From contig CM119374.1 in the NCBI GenBank assembly GCA_051294905.1, forward strand, positions 25,358,001 to 25,422,000: DNA of 64,000 nt. The letters are read 5' to 3'. The notes beneath the pieces are model-generated. The model was given only the letters and a program-made list of their open reading frames with translations. It did no database searches and had not been told where the DNA came from. The DNA is from Botryllus schlosseri (Eukaryota). This document shows positions 13,376 through 26,800 of the stretch, piece by piece. Position 1 is the first letter of the stretch. The number at the start of each line of letters is the position of its first letter. Position numbers and translations under genes: made by a program.

Positions 13376-15518
13376 TAAAATTTGAGAAAAAGGTATTTTT
13401 GATCAGCACTAATGCGCACGTTGGCGCAAGTAACATTTCCGTGAAATACTGATTGACTCGCAGCCTTGTCATAAAAGTGCTACGAAATAGATTTGGTCGA
13501 AAAATATTATTCATTTTCGTCTTGCTTTGTCGGAAACAGTGACTGATAAGCGAAAAGCTTAGTAAATGGTATTCGTAACTCCTGATGCAATTGATGAAAC
13601 CTAATCCTAATCTAATGAACACCACCGACACCAACTACTCATCTCTGACCACCGCTATCTGCGCATGGTATGTGATACATATTGAGTGCATGTAGTGTTC
13701 GTCCAGAACGCACCGACGTATCACTGACAGAAGAGTTGCCATTGCCGACCACAAGCAAACTTATTATCCAGAGAGAACTTGGCCAGACGTCATTCCAATG
13801 AATTTCCTTACTGCTGTTTCTAGGTACCGCTACATAAAAACACCTTCTACTCATGCCATAAGTCTACAAGATGCAGATGGTGATTTTATTACACCGGACC
13901 ATATTTTATCGCCTCTTTTGAATCAATATTTGTAGCTGTGCCTACTTGCCTGACGAGCCTGCATATACATACCATAATGCTCATGTATTTTGTATGTTAA
14001 TGATATTTAGTGGTCGATTTAGATATCCGTCTGTAAAATACTGCCATCAAACTTACGAAATCAAAATTCTGCATTAGGCTAGGTCTGGTGAGATACTTTA
14101 ATGATCAAATATAATGCAGCATACACAAAATATCTCGTTAGACCGTGTGTGTCGAGAAGTGATCTATTATATCGTACATACCTCCGTTTGCATTGGTGTG
14201 AGAATTACGCAGGTGCTAAGCGTGGCAATTAAGTATGACAATAGTCTCTATTTACTCGCAACGACACGTCATAGTTATCCATGCTGATGCTGACAGATCT
14301 GTAACCTCAATCAATCACTTCACTTGAACACAGTGATGTGCAAAATTGATCCAGAATTAGCAACTAAATAGCGCTACTGTCTATGATCGCGAAATTGTCA
14401 TTATGTTAAAAGAAATCTTCACAAATATTGTCAACTACGTAGGCTTTTACATGGACCATTTAAATACCACACCGGTCCTTATTCATACCGCTGATGCAAC
14501 AAAACAATGACGGCTATGATACTGTCCTGCTTGGAATAAGAAGACACGTCTTTAGACCTCACTAGCAACAATATCCAGGATTACATATATTGCATTGAAA
14601 GCGTCCTTTAACTTACCTCTGCAATCGCAATGCATTCACGCTGTTGCGTAGTGCTTCATAGATCATTCGATACTACTATACGACCACTCGAATTTAATGT
14701 GATCCGATTAGGTGAGCACCAGCTATAGGTGATGCGGGGATATGTCAATAACTATCAGTATAAGGGATCGCCGGCTCGCGTAATCCAAAATCCAAGTTTT
14801 ATCCGAGAGGCAGGAATATCTACTCTGCGTTAGCACCGCTGCTGACGGAAGGCAATATCTTCAATTCCAAGTCTTGGTAACCTTTTTCGGATGCTTTTTC
14901 AAACCAAAGGATTAAACGTTTCCGAAAGGGGAGCGTCATAGCTGTTTAGTGTGACATCATAACTGATGATATTCAGTCAGATTTTATGAAGTACACTTTT
15001 ATACCTTTGGATATGATTTTATTGACGAACGAAGAATATTCCGCAGCAATACTTTCAACAGAGTCGGATTTGAAAATGGCCACGACAGGAAAGTGACCAC
15101 TTTGGCAACAATAAATAAAATATTACAAATGGTTGATGATGATACAGTTCAGGTTCTCTGCAGATATGGAAGCTATACCAAGAGGTCCCACGGAATATTA
15201 ACGATGCATACATACCATTGGTCAACACAATTTTTGTTGGCTTTGATTAGACAATTGATTTTGACTAACTTTTGGGCCCTGAGTTCAAAAGTGACTTCTG
15301 TTTTTCTCTATCACGCCAAGTTTTTGGGTTAAGGACCCACCACATTGTCTCATGACCCACATATTATATAAAACGTTTTAAAAACCACAAGCAGTCGAAA
15401 GTAAAGCAATAGACTTCAAATATACATTTGCACTGCTTTATTTGGTTGTTTTAAACTGATACTGCTTCTACAAGACTAATGAAGTGCGAGTTTCAGGGTC
15501 CAAATTTACACTAATAAC

Positions 15519-16034
15519 TAGGGCTGGGCAAAATCGAGTACCTGAGTGATTCGATTCTGAATCACGTAAAATGCTTCGAGTCGAGTCGAGTAATCTAGTA
15601 TCGCTCATTATGACGTCATAACAGAATATACTATGTCAAAGTTCAAATACGTACTTGTGATGCGACCATAAAGAATAAAATGAATATTATCCTTCGCATT
15701 AAAGATACTTTTGTATTTTTTCGACCATACCGATTTCATTGCACTTTGTGACAATGTTGTGGGATGATCATGACTTCGGAAATGTGCTATTTCCTGTAAC
15801 TGTTGTAGCTTTGTACTACATGTTTCGTATGCTACGATACGGCCAATAAAGGTTACAAGGCCTTAACGGTGAAATTAGTATCGAAACTATAATTCTCGTG
15901 GATAAATCAATTTTCGGTGGCAAGGAGCGTAAAATTTCAGTACTCGAAAAATTCGTCTTTTACTACTCAACTCGAATCATTAAAATTAATACTCGATTCA
16001 GATTCGAGTACTCGAATCATTGCGCCCAGCCCTA
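15519..16034. mobile_element. hAT (Ac-like) MITE
   Basis: TIR TAGGGCTGGGC / GCCCAGCCCTA; perfect TSD CTAATAAC; subterminal TCGAGT/GATTCG repeats. Confidence 0.92.
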
Positions 16035-16139
16035 CTAATAACCCATAATTCTGTAAGTAGTCTCGTTTGATAATCGAGCAATGGTCAGCTAACATATGTA
16101 AGCTCCTATCTACTCTGGTATCTTACCCCCATCATCATC

Positions 16140-17320
16140 AGATATTAGGGACATTTTCTCATTGCCCATCTCTGACTATGTGAAGGTTTTCCGGGAAATT
16201 ATTTAGATATTTTAGCTTTTTGGAATGTCTGCTGTCCGACATAAACATATGACAGTGGCACATGTGCATCAGGGTTACATGTACATTGTGCATCCTTATT
16301 GTCTGACCACGAAGAAAACACAATATTTCAAAGCTGACACATATCATCTGATGGGGCTTGTGATATTGCAACAATTCAATGTTTCTGTATCATTCTCAAC
16401 GTTTCTGTATTATTCACGAAGACTAACTGAGTGTGCAGCTGTTTATGCACCTTTGACGTTGCCATTTTGAAGAATGCCACACTTTAGGATCCTCTTTGAG
16501 CTACGTATGGACATTTTCCATTCACTCGAGTTGTAAATAGAATTCCTAACTCGTCCATCAATCCATGGTAACAGTATCATGCCTATGCCAGTATCAAAGC
16601 AATACACAAAGCTACCGAAAGTAGCCCTACCATGAAAACGGCTTTTCTCATGATCGAAAGCGAGATATCTTCTCTCTTGCCAAGTAATCTTTTCCCAATT
16701 CGCAAGGATGATAAAAGTTCCGAATGTTTCTATTCCAAGTCCCAAAGCCTATGTCAGATCATTCAACTTATGTTGATGGACTACTCTACGTTCTGAATCT
16801 TCCTCAATTTCGAAATCTTCATCAGCAGGATTGCTATCCCTAAGATTTTCATCTTGATCCATTATATCCAGCGTATAGGAGTATCAAGTTACACTGGATA
16901 AGCTGAATGTGGCATCGGACCTATGGCTGATAGCAAATGTAATGTTTATTTTTCTTGCCATATCCTGCAGTTTGCGTCAAATATGTGTTTGAAATATCCT
17001 CGGATAATTGCATCGTCAAACCGAAAATAGGTGAAAGCATCGGCCTAGCTCGATACCAGTTCCTATCTCCTTAATAATTCAGTTGAGCCCTTGGCTATAT
17101 AAATTATTATATGATAAAAGTGATGATTTTTATATGGTACAGAAAAGTAATATGGATAAATTCGTCAAAATTTGCATAATTTGGGCATATGTCGTAGAGC
17201 AAAAAGTTGACGTGATAAAAAAAACAGCTGCATTTTTGGAATCAGCACGCCAAAATTAGCCTAAATCAAGTGCAAAATTAAAGTCAACAAATATTTCGTT
17301 CAAAATTGTTGCCCATAGTG
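16140..17320 (-). mobile_element. Chapaev3-type DNA transposon remnant: 5' terminus plus N-terminal and middle transposase pseudogene
   Basis: Minus-strand translation with stops: ..HKLNDLT*ALGL..SFVYCFD..SSEWKMSIRSSKRILKCGILQNGN..AAHSVSLRE*Y..YHKPHQMIC..SDSR, matching the remembered EWRLFIDSSKRSLKAVLLHNGN..AHS..WDSR motifs. Terminus CACTATGGGCAACAAT at 17320 with flanking TAA. Confidence 0.75.
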
Positions 17321-17458
17321 TAATAGAAAGCGACATTTCAAATCAACAGTGATAGAGGTATAGTACAAAATCTAATGAGTACAATCGCAATATCGCGTTA
17401 TGAACAAACTCGAAAAGATGCATATCATAAAATCGTAACGAAACTTTCTCCACGTCGT

Positions 17459-19118
17459 TCAAGAACAGCTTCTGAATTTTGGATTGCACGGAAGAATATC
17501 CAGGCGTTTTCGGAACATAAATTTGTGTCGTCCGCAAATGCTTCTTGACTTGGAGTTGCTGAGCAAAAGAATTGGAACATTAGTCCTCATGAATCAGTGA
17601 TATATCAGGAGCGCAAGGGAAAATCCGTAGCTCTATTTTATTTAAACTTCTGGTTTGAATCGCAAAAGTTTTTAATCTTTGTATTGGTTTTATCTTCATA
17701 TGCATGCTATATTTTTGTGACGTCACCATGGTCTGTGCCATATTCTCAGTTGCATCTTTTCCTTCCGTTTGGTTAAAAAAATAACATTTTGGCTAAGCTA
17801 TGAAAACCCTCGCTCGAACAGGGAGGTGCAGTATTTCGAATTTCGAATTAACAGTATACGATGATACGAAGTTATACTAAATGATACTCGCTATTTCACT
17901 ATCACTAACTGTGATATGACCAGTTAAACCCACAAAATCAGTGACACAGAATTAAGGAAAGACTGGGGGAACTTCAACTTTTAGCTGGTCGGATAGATTT
18001 CAAGGGCAATGCTGCAGTCTTATATCATTTTAATATGCCAGAATCTAGTTCTAAAATTGTTACTACATAGTCGAATGGGATACTCACAATATTTTGTACA
18101 ACACTTTCATCGGAACTTTTCGCGCGCGCCGACTCAAGTAAGTGACGCAAGGGCCGACTGAATGTCGCCTTCGTCTGTTGTTAGACGCCGATGTTGGTGA
18201 TTCGATATTTTCCGGCGGATATTCGGGTTGTGCTCCTGTGTTCGGAGATACCACATCGGAATCGTCAAGCCTCTGCACAACCTGGAATGAAGAGAATATG
18301 GATTAATTGGCGGCTGAAAAGCAGTCAATGCCTTCTTTTTATTGCGATGTAGTCGGTTTACGTATACGAAACAAACACATGACAAGAAAACATAGGTTCT
18401 GCATGTGGTCTCAGTCAAAATAGGTGGCCACGGGTCACACGTTGGGAGCCACTGCGTTACATGGACACTTAATTGACTCGACGTATTCCGGTGTTTTGAC
18501 AATCATGTTGAAATTATTTCCTACATTTCCCGATACTTGATGCTATTCTGAATAGATATTTGCCTGTACATTGGAGCCTGCACCAGGATTATAGTACGAT
18601 AATACTAAATGCTACGAGATTAGATGATTTTTCTTTCGAATAATTGATTCAATATCAGAAATGTGCCGATTTTCTTTCTCAACCAATGCTGAAAATTGAT
18701 GGTCGCGAATTTCTCGAATTTACAATATCCGGGGCAAGTTGTACCATGTTATTTGACAGGACATATATTCTAGCGAGCATTTGTAGCTCGGTAGTTTGTA
18801 GAACTGTCCCACACATATATATCATATAGTAGCAAGAGGGTGACATGATATGAGCAATTAAGCAGCCGAATAAACTGAAACCTCAGATCAGTGTAAAATG
18901 ACGCACTGGTCATCGTAATGCGCTAATATTCTCACGATATTGAAAGTTCTCCATATCGCCAGAGTACACCTTGTAGAAGATTATTACATTAATTATAAAG
19001 CTCTACTACGTCGAAGTATATGATCAGTATGACTCAAACTCACCGTCATTCTCGGTATTTTTCTGCCACGAACAACCATGAACAACAAAACAAATAAAAC
19101 CAGGTTAAAAGTTTTCAT
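17459..19118 (-). CDS. Putative secreted cationic Cys-containing peptide precursor, 122 aa; exons 19118-19044, 18281-18088, 17558-17459
   Basis: Strong splice sites (acg|gtgagt; ttcattccag|; att|gtgagt; ttcttttgctcag|), phases 0 and 2 compatible, 369-nt CDS, ATG with A at -3 and an in-frame upstream TAA. Product: MKTFNLVLFVLLFMVVRG RKIPRMTVVQRLDDSDVVSPNTGAQPEYPPENIESPTSASNNRRRR HSVGPCVTYLSRRARKVPMKVLYKIFNSKSRSICGRHKFMFRKRLDILPCNPKFRSCS*. Confidence 0.75.
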
Positions 19119-21494
19119 TGTGAATAGTATTATGCCCGATTATTTTCACTTCGCAAAATATAGGATCTTGTACAGGAGATGATTCCGTCGATGTCTAGTG
19201 AATACTCCTAGAAAACTGATTGACTGAATGAAGCACGCACTCAAATTTATATATTTGACGCAGCGGACTTTAGAGGTGAGATTTCTAGCGAATATTTTAA
19301 CAAATATAGATATTATGAATTCTCGTAAAATTGGAAAAAATGGCGCATTTCTTGGTAATGCCAGCAATGTAACTCAGTGGCTCTGCAAAAATGTAGAAAT
19401 ACGTCACATTTATTGTTGATATTATTGTGAAGGGATAGTCGACCGGGAACGTGTCATTGGAATATCAATACGTCGGCTCCGCCAAATGTTGTGATGTTTG
19501 GGGTTAACTGTATTGGGCATACTCCGTTAATTGTGAGACCACCTATATGTTGTTGAGGAGTGGGGTCAAGGACAAGGCCGAAAATGCCCTGCCCAAATTT
19601 GATCCAAAACAAAAATGTCACGATAGATCCACTCTCAATTTGATCAAGACAGTCACATTGTATAAAAACATATTCGGAAACTTCATTGAATCGTATATAG
19701 GTTATATTATATCGATTTCCGTGGCGAATAAAGCCTTTGTCGCGAAAAGCACCACTGAATCCTTTTATACATCATAAAAAGTTGTCTCGTTATTGTATAA
19801 TTGTGTATTCAAGGTTACTCAATTCGAGAAAATAGTCATGAGTATATTTGAAATGAGTATTTTCAGGAATGGATATTACTGTGCAGTGCGCAGATTAGTA
19901 ATATTAATGCACCGAATATTAGTCACACGTCAAGAAGATGTTCATTAATTCTTCAACAAATTATTATCGATGAAAGTCAAATGCAAAATATCGACCGAGG
20001 CATTCAGGTTTATCGATGATTGAGCACGACAGATATATCACAGAGCGGATGATTATATATGAATTTACCCGTGCGTAGACTATCTATTCGCCAGCATATT
20101 TTCGTGAATCAAATCAGTTGAATACACGTCATGTCATATATAGTCCAACGAATCAATTTCAGCAAACCAAGTCCATAAATTCAGTAATTGTTTCTGGTCA
20201 TGTACAGTAAGAGCGATGATTCCCCTATTTCAATTGCAGAATTTCGCAATAAAAAAGAATTTTTATTGTAGATGAAGGTCTCATTTATCATGCTGCTGTT
20301 TGGGGGTTACGCTATCGGGTCGGTTAAGCTGAACAATAATTCGAATCTCCTAACCGCCTAATTACACCCAAAACACCCGATCGCCCAACAAGTCGTCTTG
20401 AGGCGAAAATACAATTTTTCAGCAGATTGGCGTGTGTTTTGATTTTGAAATGTTTACATCCACAGTAAATGGCCCTGTCATTATGGTCTTTTGTCCAACC
20501 ACGCCCTGCAAATTTTAAAAATATCGCAACCGAACCGATCGATGTCAACAAAACGTCCGAAAATAAATCCCAGTTACCGGGAGCCGATGAAAGCAAGCAC
20601 CCTTCTCCTTACGGATTTGGGAATAAGAACAGTGCGCGCGAAAAGCAGCCTCGTATATGTACAGTATAGCACTTCGATACAAGTTATATTCGGCAACGTA
20701 GCAGAGCGCTCTGTGACGTGATCTTTTATTTTGTTGCAGTGAACCTTCCGTAGTATTCTCGAATCGGTATATGAGGTACTATTGTCAACAAGCAATATTC
20801 TCGTCCCTATATCTTAGTGACGATGATGGATTTGACGTTTTATGAAGCGATTCAGTATATCGAAAACGTTGTCGCGTCGCTGTACCGTATGTTGACGTTC
20901 AATAAAGTGTTACGGTGAAACAACAGATTGATGACAGATATATTTCGCGGTGGGTGGTACCGGTCAGACAGGGGGCGATTGCTTCATGAATGATTGCGAT
21001 TACAGAAAAATCTCGATTGCGATTTCGGTTACATGGTAAAGTATTCACGATTGTTTACGATTGCATTTGTTTTGCTTCATTGAACTTAGTCTTGAACCCG
21101 TCACAGAACGATTACTGTAACAATGTATAACACTGGTCAACAAAATGAAAAAAATATTAGCAAAACATCTGAGAACCGTTTCTGGGGTTTTCGAGGTTGC
21201 TTATTACGAATATCACATTAGTTTAGCCAGATTGCTTCTTGTTCAGAAGATATTTATACCCCTAAAATGCCGAAAATTACTGTATTTACCCTTGGATATT
21301 TTACTTTTGCTCAACGGAAATACATATTCTCCTGTATCAATTGTTCATTCTACCAAGATTAAATAGGAGTATATAAAGCTATAAACTTTGTCCTTGAAAA
21401 GCTTAACTACAATACTTATATGCGTCTCATTTCTTTTGACTTGTAAATGAGTAATTTTTCGCTGAATCAACAAAGTGGGTACAACTATAGTATC

Positions 21495-21812
21495 CCTATC
21501 AAACGAGAAGCTTAAGTCTGGTATCTTTGGATGGAGTTCACTGCATGGAATTCATCAAAAGATGTAGTAAATAAAACTTTTTAGATGATCATAAAGCACT
21601 CAACTACAAACAGTTTATCCGAAAATCCGTATCTGCCTATGGTAAGTTTGGAACAAACATGAGCATAAAAGTTCACTTCCTGTCCAGTCATCTCAATATA
21701 TTTCCTGGTGATCTTGTTGATTAGCAAGGGGAGAGGTTCCACCAAGACATCAAAACAACAAGAGAAAGATATTTGGTCATATGAGATGAACATATTATGA
21801 CAGACAATTGGA
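21495..21812 (+). pseudogene. Chapaev3-type transposase C-terminal remnant
   Basis: LSNEKLKSGIF..WNSSKDVVNKTFLDDHKALNYKQ..GTNMSIKVHFLSSHLNIFP..*QGERFHQDIKT..RY..MTDNW matches the MSLKIHFLHSHL..EQGERFHQDI motif; contains stops and frameshifts. Confidence 0.8.
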
Positions 21813-22006
21813 GGAACTTTTCGAGAAACTGCACTAATTTGCTCAAAAAAGGTGAAAATCGAACAAGCAATAATTGTGCCTTAAAATAGATGAATAATAT
21901 AATACTCCAACTGATTATTTCAAATTTACAATAGGTGGTTGACGTGAAACTGATTGAATTAATGCCACGTTATTTGAGTTTCTAGGTAAATTCTTATGTT
22001 CATGAC

Positions 22007-22394
22007 TAGGGCAAGTTTCTGTTGCAGTTAAATCCGTGGAAAGTGGCATTTATTTTTGAAAGAAGTTGAAAAGTTGCAGAAGTTGCATTTTGACCACATT
22101 TTGCTCGACTGACTAAAAAAAAGGTCAATTTTCCGGCTCATCTCCCGAAATACTCGTAAAAGCGTTACTTCGGTGCTGATTTACGGTGTTTCAGTCGAAT
22201 TTGGCCGTGTATTTCACCAAAATCGAAAATACTTTCATGAAAAATCGAGAAAGTTGCAAAAAGTTGCATGGAAAAAATGGACAAAAGCTGCAAAAAGTTG
22301 CACTATAAGATTCCTTCAAACAGCTTAAAACAGCATTCTACATATCTTACGAGTATGTAGGAAGCTGCCGGAAGCTGTAACAAAACTTGCCCTA
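22007..22394. mobile_element. hAT MITE with AAGTTGCA subterminal repeats
   Basis: TIR TAGGGCAAGTTT / AAACTTGCCCTA; TSD ttcatgac / tacatgac (7/8). Confidence 0.88.
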
Positions 22395-23862
22395 TACATG
22401 ACTGAAGTTTATTTCTGTACATGATATCCGCGAAAGTCTATAACTATGATAAATCTGATAACCCTAAATATAGTGATATTGCTGTATTTTGATTTAAAAG
22501 AGTCTTCCGTGTGTAAAAATAACAAGTAGATCGAATTTATAAACTTAATATTCCGACTGAGCCGATTTTCTATCTAGCCATTACAGCGAAATTGGGATAT
22601 TTTGTCAAAATGACCCCACGGGTTATCTCCAAAACAAGAGACAATTTGAAAAAACAGGTCATATTCGGAATCAGTGCCCGTCAGAACCCCCGAAATCATT
22701 TTTACTCTGTCTGCCTAAAAATATGTGTTGACCAGTGTAATCGATCGCGATTACGATTACTTCTGGAACACGTGGTCATCATGACGTCGCGATTAAAGCA
22801 AATTCCCGAAGTAGTAGATTGTCATTACTTGGAGAATTTATCACAATTATTTATAACCACCTTTATTTTGTTTGCATTGCTTCCTTGAACTTCAGTCATT
22901 TTGAACTGATATTCGAAGGCGAGATAATAATCCCGATGGGACTGCACTATGAGGGAAAAACATATTTTCGAAAATGACGACGTCAGTTGCTTTATACGTC
23001 ACAGTATAGCCATTGTGGAAATTTGTCGCTGACGAATGCTCCCCCCACTGATTTACATTTATGCTACGAACCATGTTCAGTTGTTCACATACGTGGCTGA
23101 CTGACGTCAGATTATAATTTTGAATGGAGGATAATAAGATAACGATCGGCGCTGACTTCGAGTCAGAACGTATAGCAGAATGGACACTATATGAACACAT
23201 AATTCTATCGTGGCGAACAATAATGCTTCCCGTACCGTTAAACCTATACCTATAATACGATTGTTGCAAGCCACCGTTATGAAAAACGAAGATTTTGAAT
23301 CACAAACATTTATCCCTTCAGAAATCAGAGTACTAATTTCAGCAGCGAGGGATATACGGCATGACTCGAGGTGAGGCAGCATTAGCGATGAGTGGGCTGT
23401 TTTTAAGGGCAGAAATTACGAAACATGATCTTCCAATCCCTTAAGCCGCGGTCTGTTCAAAGTGCACCAACCAGCGATCTGTCACCACGTCACGCACGAT
23501 GACTTTTTACCATAGAAGTTTCCTTATGCGTAAGGTGACATATTTACACACATACGCCACCCATAGTCTGTCATCACATCTGCGGCATTCTTTCATGGCG
23601 ACGAGGCAATGTAACCTATACAAAGGAAATACATTAGAGCACAATTGATTGTCCTGTTATGATATTTTCCGACGGGGCTTCGGTTTCGACTTCTGCATAT
23701 GCATACATAACACATAATTTTTATAAGTATGTATTTGGTGGAACCACAGAGCAAATATATCGAATGAAGCATGTCAGCAGATCTCCATCACGCAGAATGG
23801 TAACAGTAAAGCATTCATATGCCAAAAATGCGATGCGATCAAAATGGAAATTAAGGTCTGTT

Positions 23863-26800
23863 TTACGACCGCCAAAACAGCCACTTTGGTTTTCTCCAAA
23901 CGGTCTTCTTTGATTTTGAATCATCTTCTGACATTAATGATTCTTGCTGACCTTCATTTCTGGAGTGATTGTCAAGTTCACGTAACTCCCTTCTTCTTTT
24001 CTCTCGCAATAATTCACCGTTCCTTTTTCTCACTTTCTTGACTTCTCTCATGTGCGTTTTCCAATTTGAATGATCTTCAAGTACAACCACCCGTATTCTA
24101 TTGAGTATCAGTATTATTGTAACAATGTTCTTGAACGTAAAAAACACGGTCATGTGACTGACCACTTGATAATGGAACATGATCACCAGTCTTGTGATTA
24201 AAAATGGCCCGTCCTGGAACGCGAGGCTTAGTACCATGCTCCAGACTTCGTTGTAAAAACAGAATGAGGTGCAGCACCGTTTTCCCGCGATCCATTCGTT
24301 GGCGGTATCTTCAATTTTCAAGTTATCTTTCGAATCGTGTATGACGATGATTTCGTGATCCCACTGTGACTGATTATGGCCAATAGCAGCATGCTGATTA
24401 TAAGTGTGTGCAGTTGGTGGGTTGTGCTTTTTACTTTCTACATTTTGATTACTTTTAACTGTGATAGTAGCAGGTTTAGATTTGTCATTTGGGATTCGAT
24501 TTTTGCTTACACTCTTATCTGACTGTTTTGAACTGATCGGTTGTTGTTTCTTCGTTTTTTCAGCCCCGATAGACACGTCTTTAGCTGCCCCCACTTTGTT
24601 GCTACTGCCAAATTGTTTTATTGCTTTATTGTTGCCAGTTTTTCGTTGGTCTTTATTATTTGGAGAAGTTTTATTGGTTTCGTCAGTTGCTTTCACTATT
24701 GTCCCATTCGAACGCAAGCTTGATTCTCCCCGTGTTCTGGTGTGTCCGTTTTGAGGATTCGAGATTTTTGTGATTCCACTTCGGCTATGTTCGCTGTCTA
24801 TAGAGTCAAAGTCTTCCGGCTTAAGAGGCTTATCTACGTCAGGTAATTGTTTCGTGGCCGTCGGAACGATACAGAATTGTAACAAACTCCAACTCCAGAT
24901 GGACATCACCAAGTAAACGATATCCGCGTTGTTGCTCACCTTAAATTAGAAACAGGAGTGTTTCACAAAACAATGGTATCATGGAACTTGTTGACCGTAG
25001 GCTACTTGGTGAGATAGTATTTGATATGGAAAGGAATTGGGGTGAATTATTCTCAAATATACACTTCGCCGCAACTGCATGAATAGTTATTGAATCGCAC
25101 TTAATCAATGTGCATTGGTGTGGATTTTGTTGCTGACAAATTATTGCAGACATATTAAAAGCTTCCAACCTTGTCTTCGTTGAATGATTCGAGGAGCTCC
25201 ATAATATCCGCCCCAGTGCCGAGATACACTAGAAGAAGTTGTGACAGCTCATCCCTCGATAACTCTCCCTTTGGAGCTATCCATTTTCCGAACACAAGTA
25301 CGAATATCAATATCTGTTCCATAGCCAGAGTCCAATCATCATCCGTCAATGTCAATTCAGACTGAATGAAAAAGGGCAACTCGTATTATAGTATATGTTA
25401 CTAGCTCAAGATACCAAGTAATGATATCATTAAACAAGTGGTGAAAAGTGATGCATCTATCAAAACTTCTATTGTAGCAGTAATACGAAATATTTACACT
25501 TTTTGTGTATCCATAATGGTATAACCCAGGGGTGGGCAAACTTTTGAGCTCGCGGGCCGTATTCAACATCTGAATACATTCGCGGGCCGCACTATTTAAA
25601 ATTGGGATTATAAACCAAAACGCAATATTGGTATTTGATTATATAGTGAGGACATGGAGATAATATATATGCTTATTTAAAACAAACCAAATAGTGCTTT
25701 GATGATATCATACAAGCGTCAGAAACAGTGGCGAGATTTCATAGGCTCAAGAACAGGATTGAAATTTGAATTTGCGAAGGGTGATCTGTTCATAGATTTA
25801 ATAATTCCGCCTTTGGTTCAGTTCCAGGAAACACAATGCTGACAGCATCATAACCATGCTAGCTTCAAACACCCTTCTACTATGTGTAGATAAAATATCA
25901 ATACCCTAATTCTACGCATATAGAGAGAACGAATCTACCTAAGACACGCATGAATCGTTTTTATAAGCACATCACTGAAATAATTAAAACTGGAGTGGCC
26001 AATCTGGAATCACACTCGTGAATTATGTCCGAATTATGTCAATCTCGTTTAGGATTAATGTGATGTTTAGCAGTAGAAGCCTTTCAAACTTCGTGGGCCA
26101 TGAGATCGGGCTGTCGAGCCAGAAATTAAACATAAAAAATAATATGGGAAGTATTTGCCATAGAACGGTGGTACTCGAACTTTTTAATACACGCCCACCT
26201 TATGATGGTGAAAGATCCCCCCCCCCTTATCGTCATATCACAAAACACAACCAGTATGCTAGCAAACCTGACGGATAGTTTGTTGGCATGGAAGGTTACG
26301 GCCGTGAATTAGAGATTTTCAAAATATGAAATTCAGAATAAATACAGAGCAATAAATAAGAATCGAATGTGAATAGCGCGAAGCGCGAAAAAAATTTCAG
26401 TTGAGTTCAACTTCGCGCCCCCAGTTTGAGAACCACTGCCTCAGAATTATCACGAAGAAATATACTAAGAAAAAGTTTAATCGCGTCCTTGCATTAATTC
26501 GATTTTTAGTACGCATTTTATCAATATTTTAAATAAATTTATTTAGACTCTCGCGGGCCGTAGTTTGCCCACCTCTGGTATAACCTGTGATGTATCCTAC
26601 ACCAATGAAGAAGAAGCACCCGTGGGTATAACAACTTACCACGCTAGTCGGAGACAGAGAACTGCCAGACGAGCAATCTGTGCCGTTGAAGCTCTGTCTA
26701 TCTGCAAGAAGCTTCAACTCCAGGAGCCATATAGAAGGCACCGCACAAACGAGGTAGAAAAAGACACTTGGCGTCACCCTGCGCGTAGTATACATTTGAG

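Noticed and set aside
14820-14940. FRKRL-IL match to the cationic peptide, suggesting a paralogous exon
   Set aside because: Wrong phase, no Cys conservation, and the flanks do not align; probably chance.
17430-17556. FADDTNL resembling a LINE RT motif
   Set aside because: Isolated 7-mer in an alternative frame of the peptide's exon 3, with no other RT motifs.
17558-18088. Joining the 18281-18088 exon to the espin-like gene
   Set aside because: It joins cleanly to a signal-peptide exon upstream and a phase-2 terminal exon at 17558, forming a separate gene.
20324-20795. Cluster of overlapping ORFs
   Set aside because: No consistent frame or splice chain; more likely the promoter or 5' UTR region of the peptide gene.
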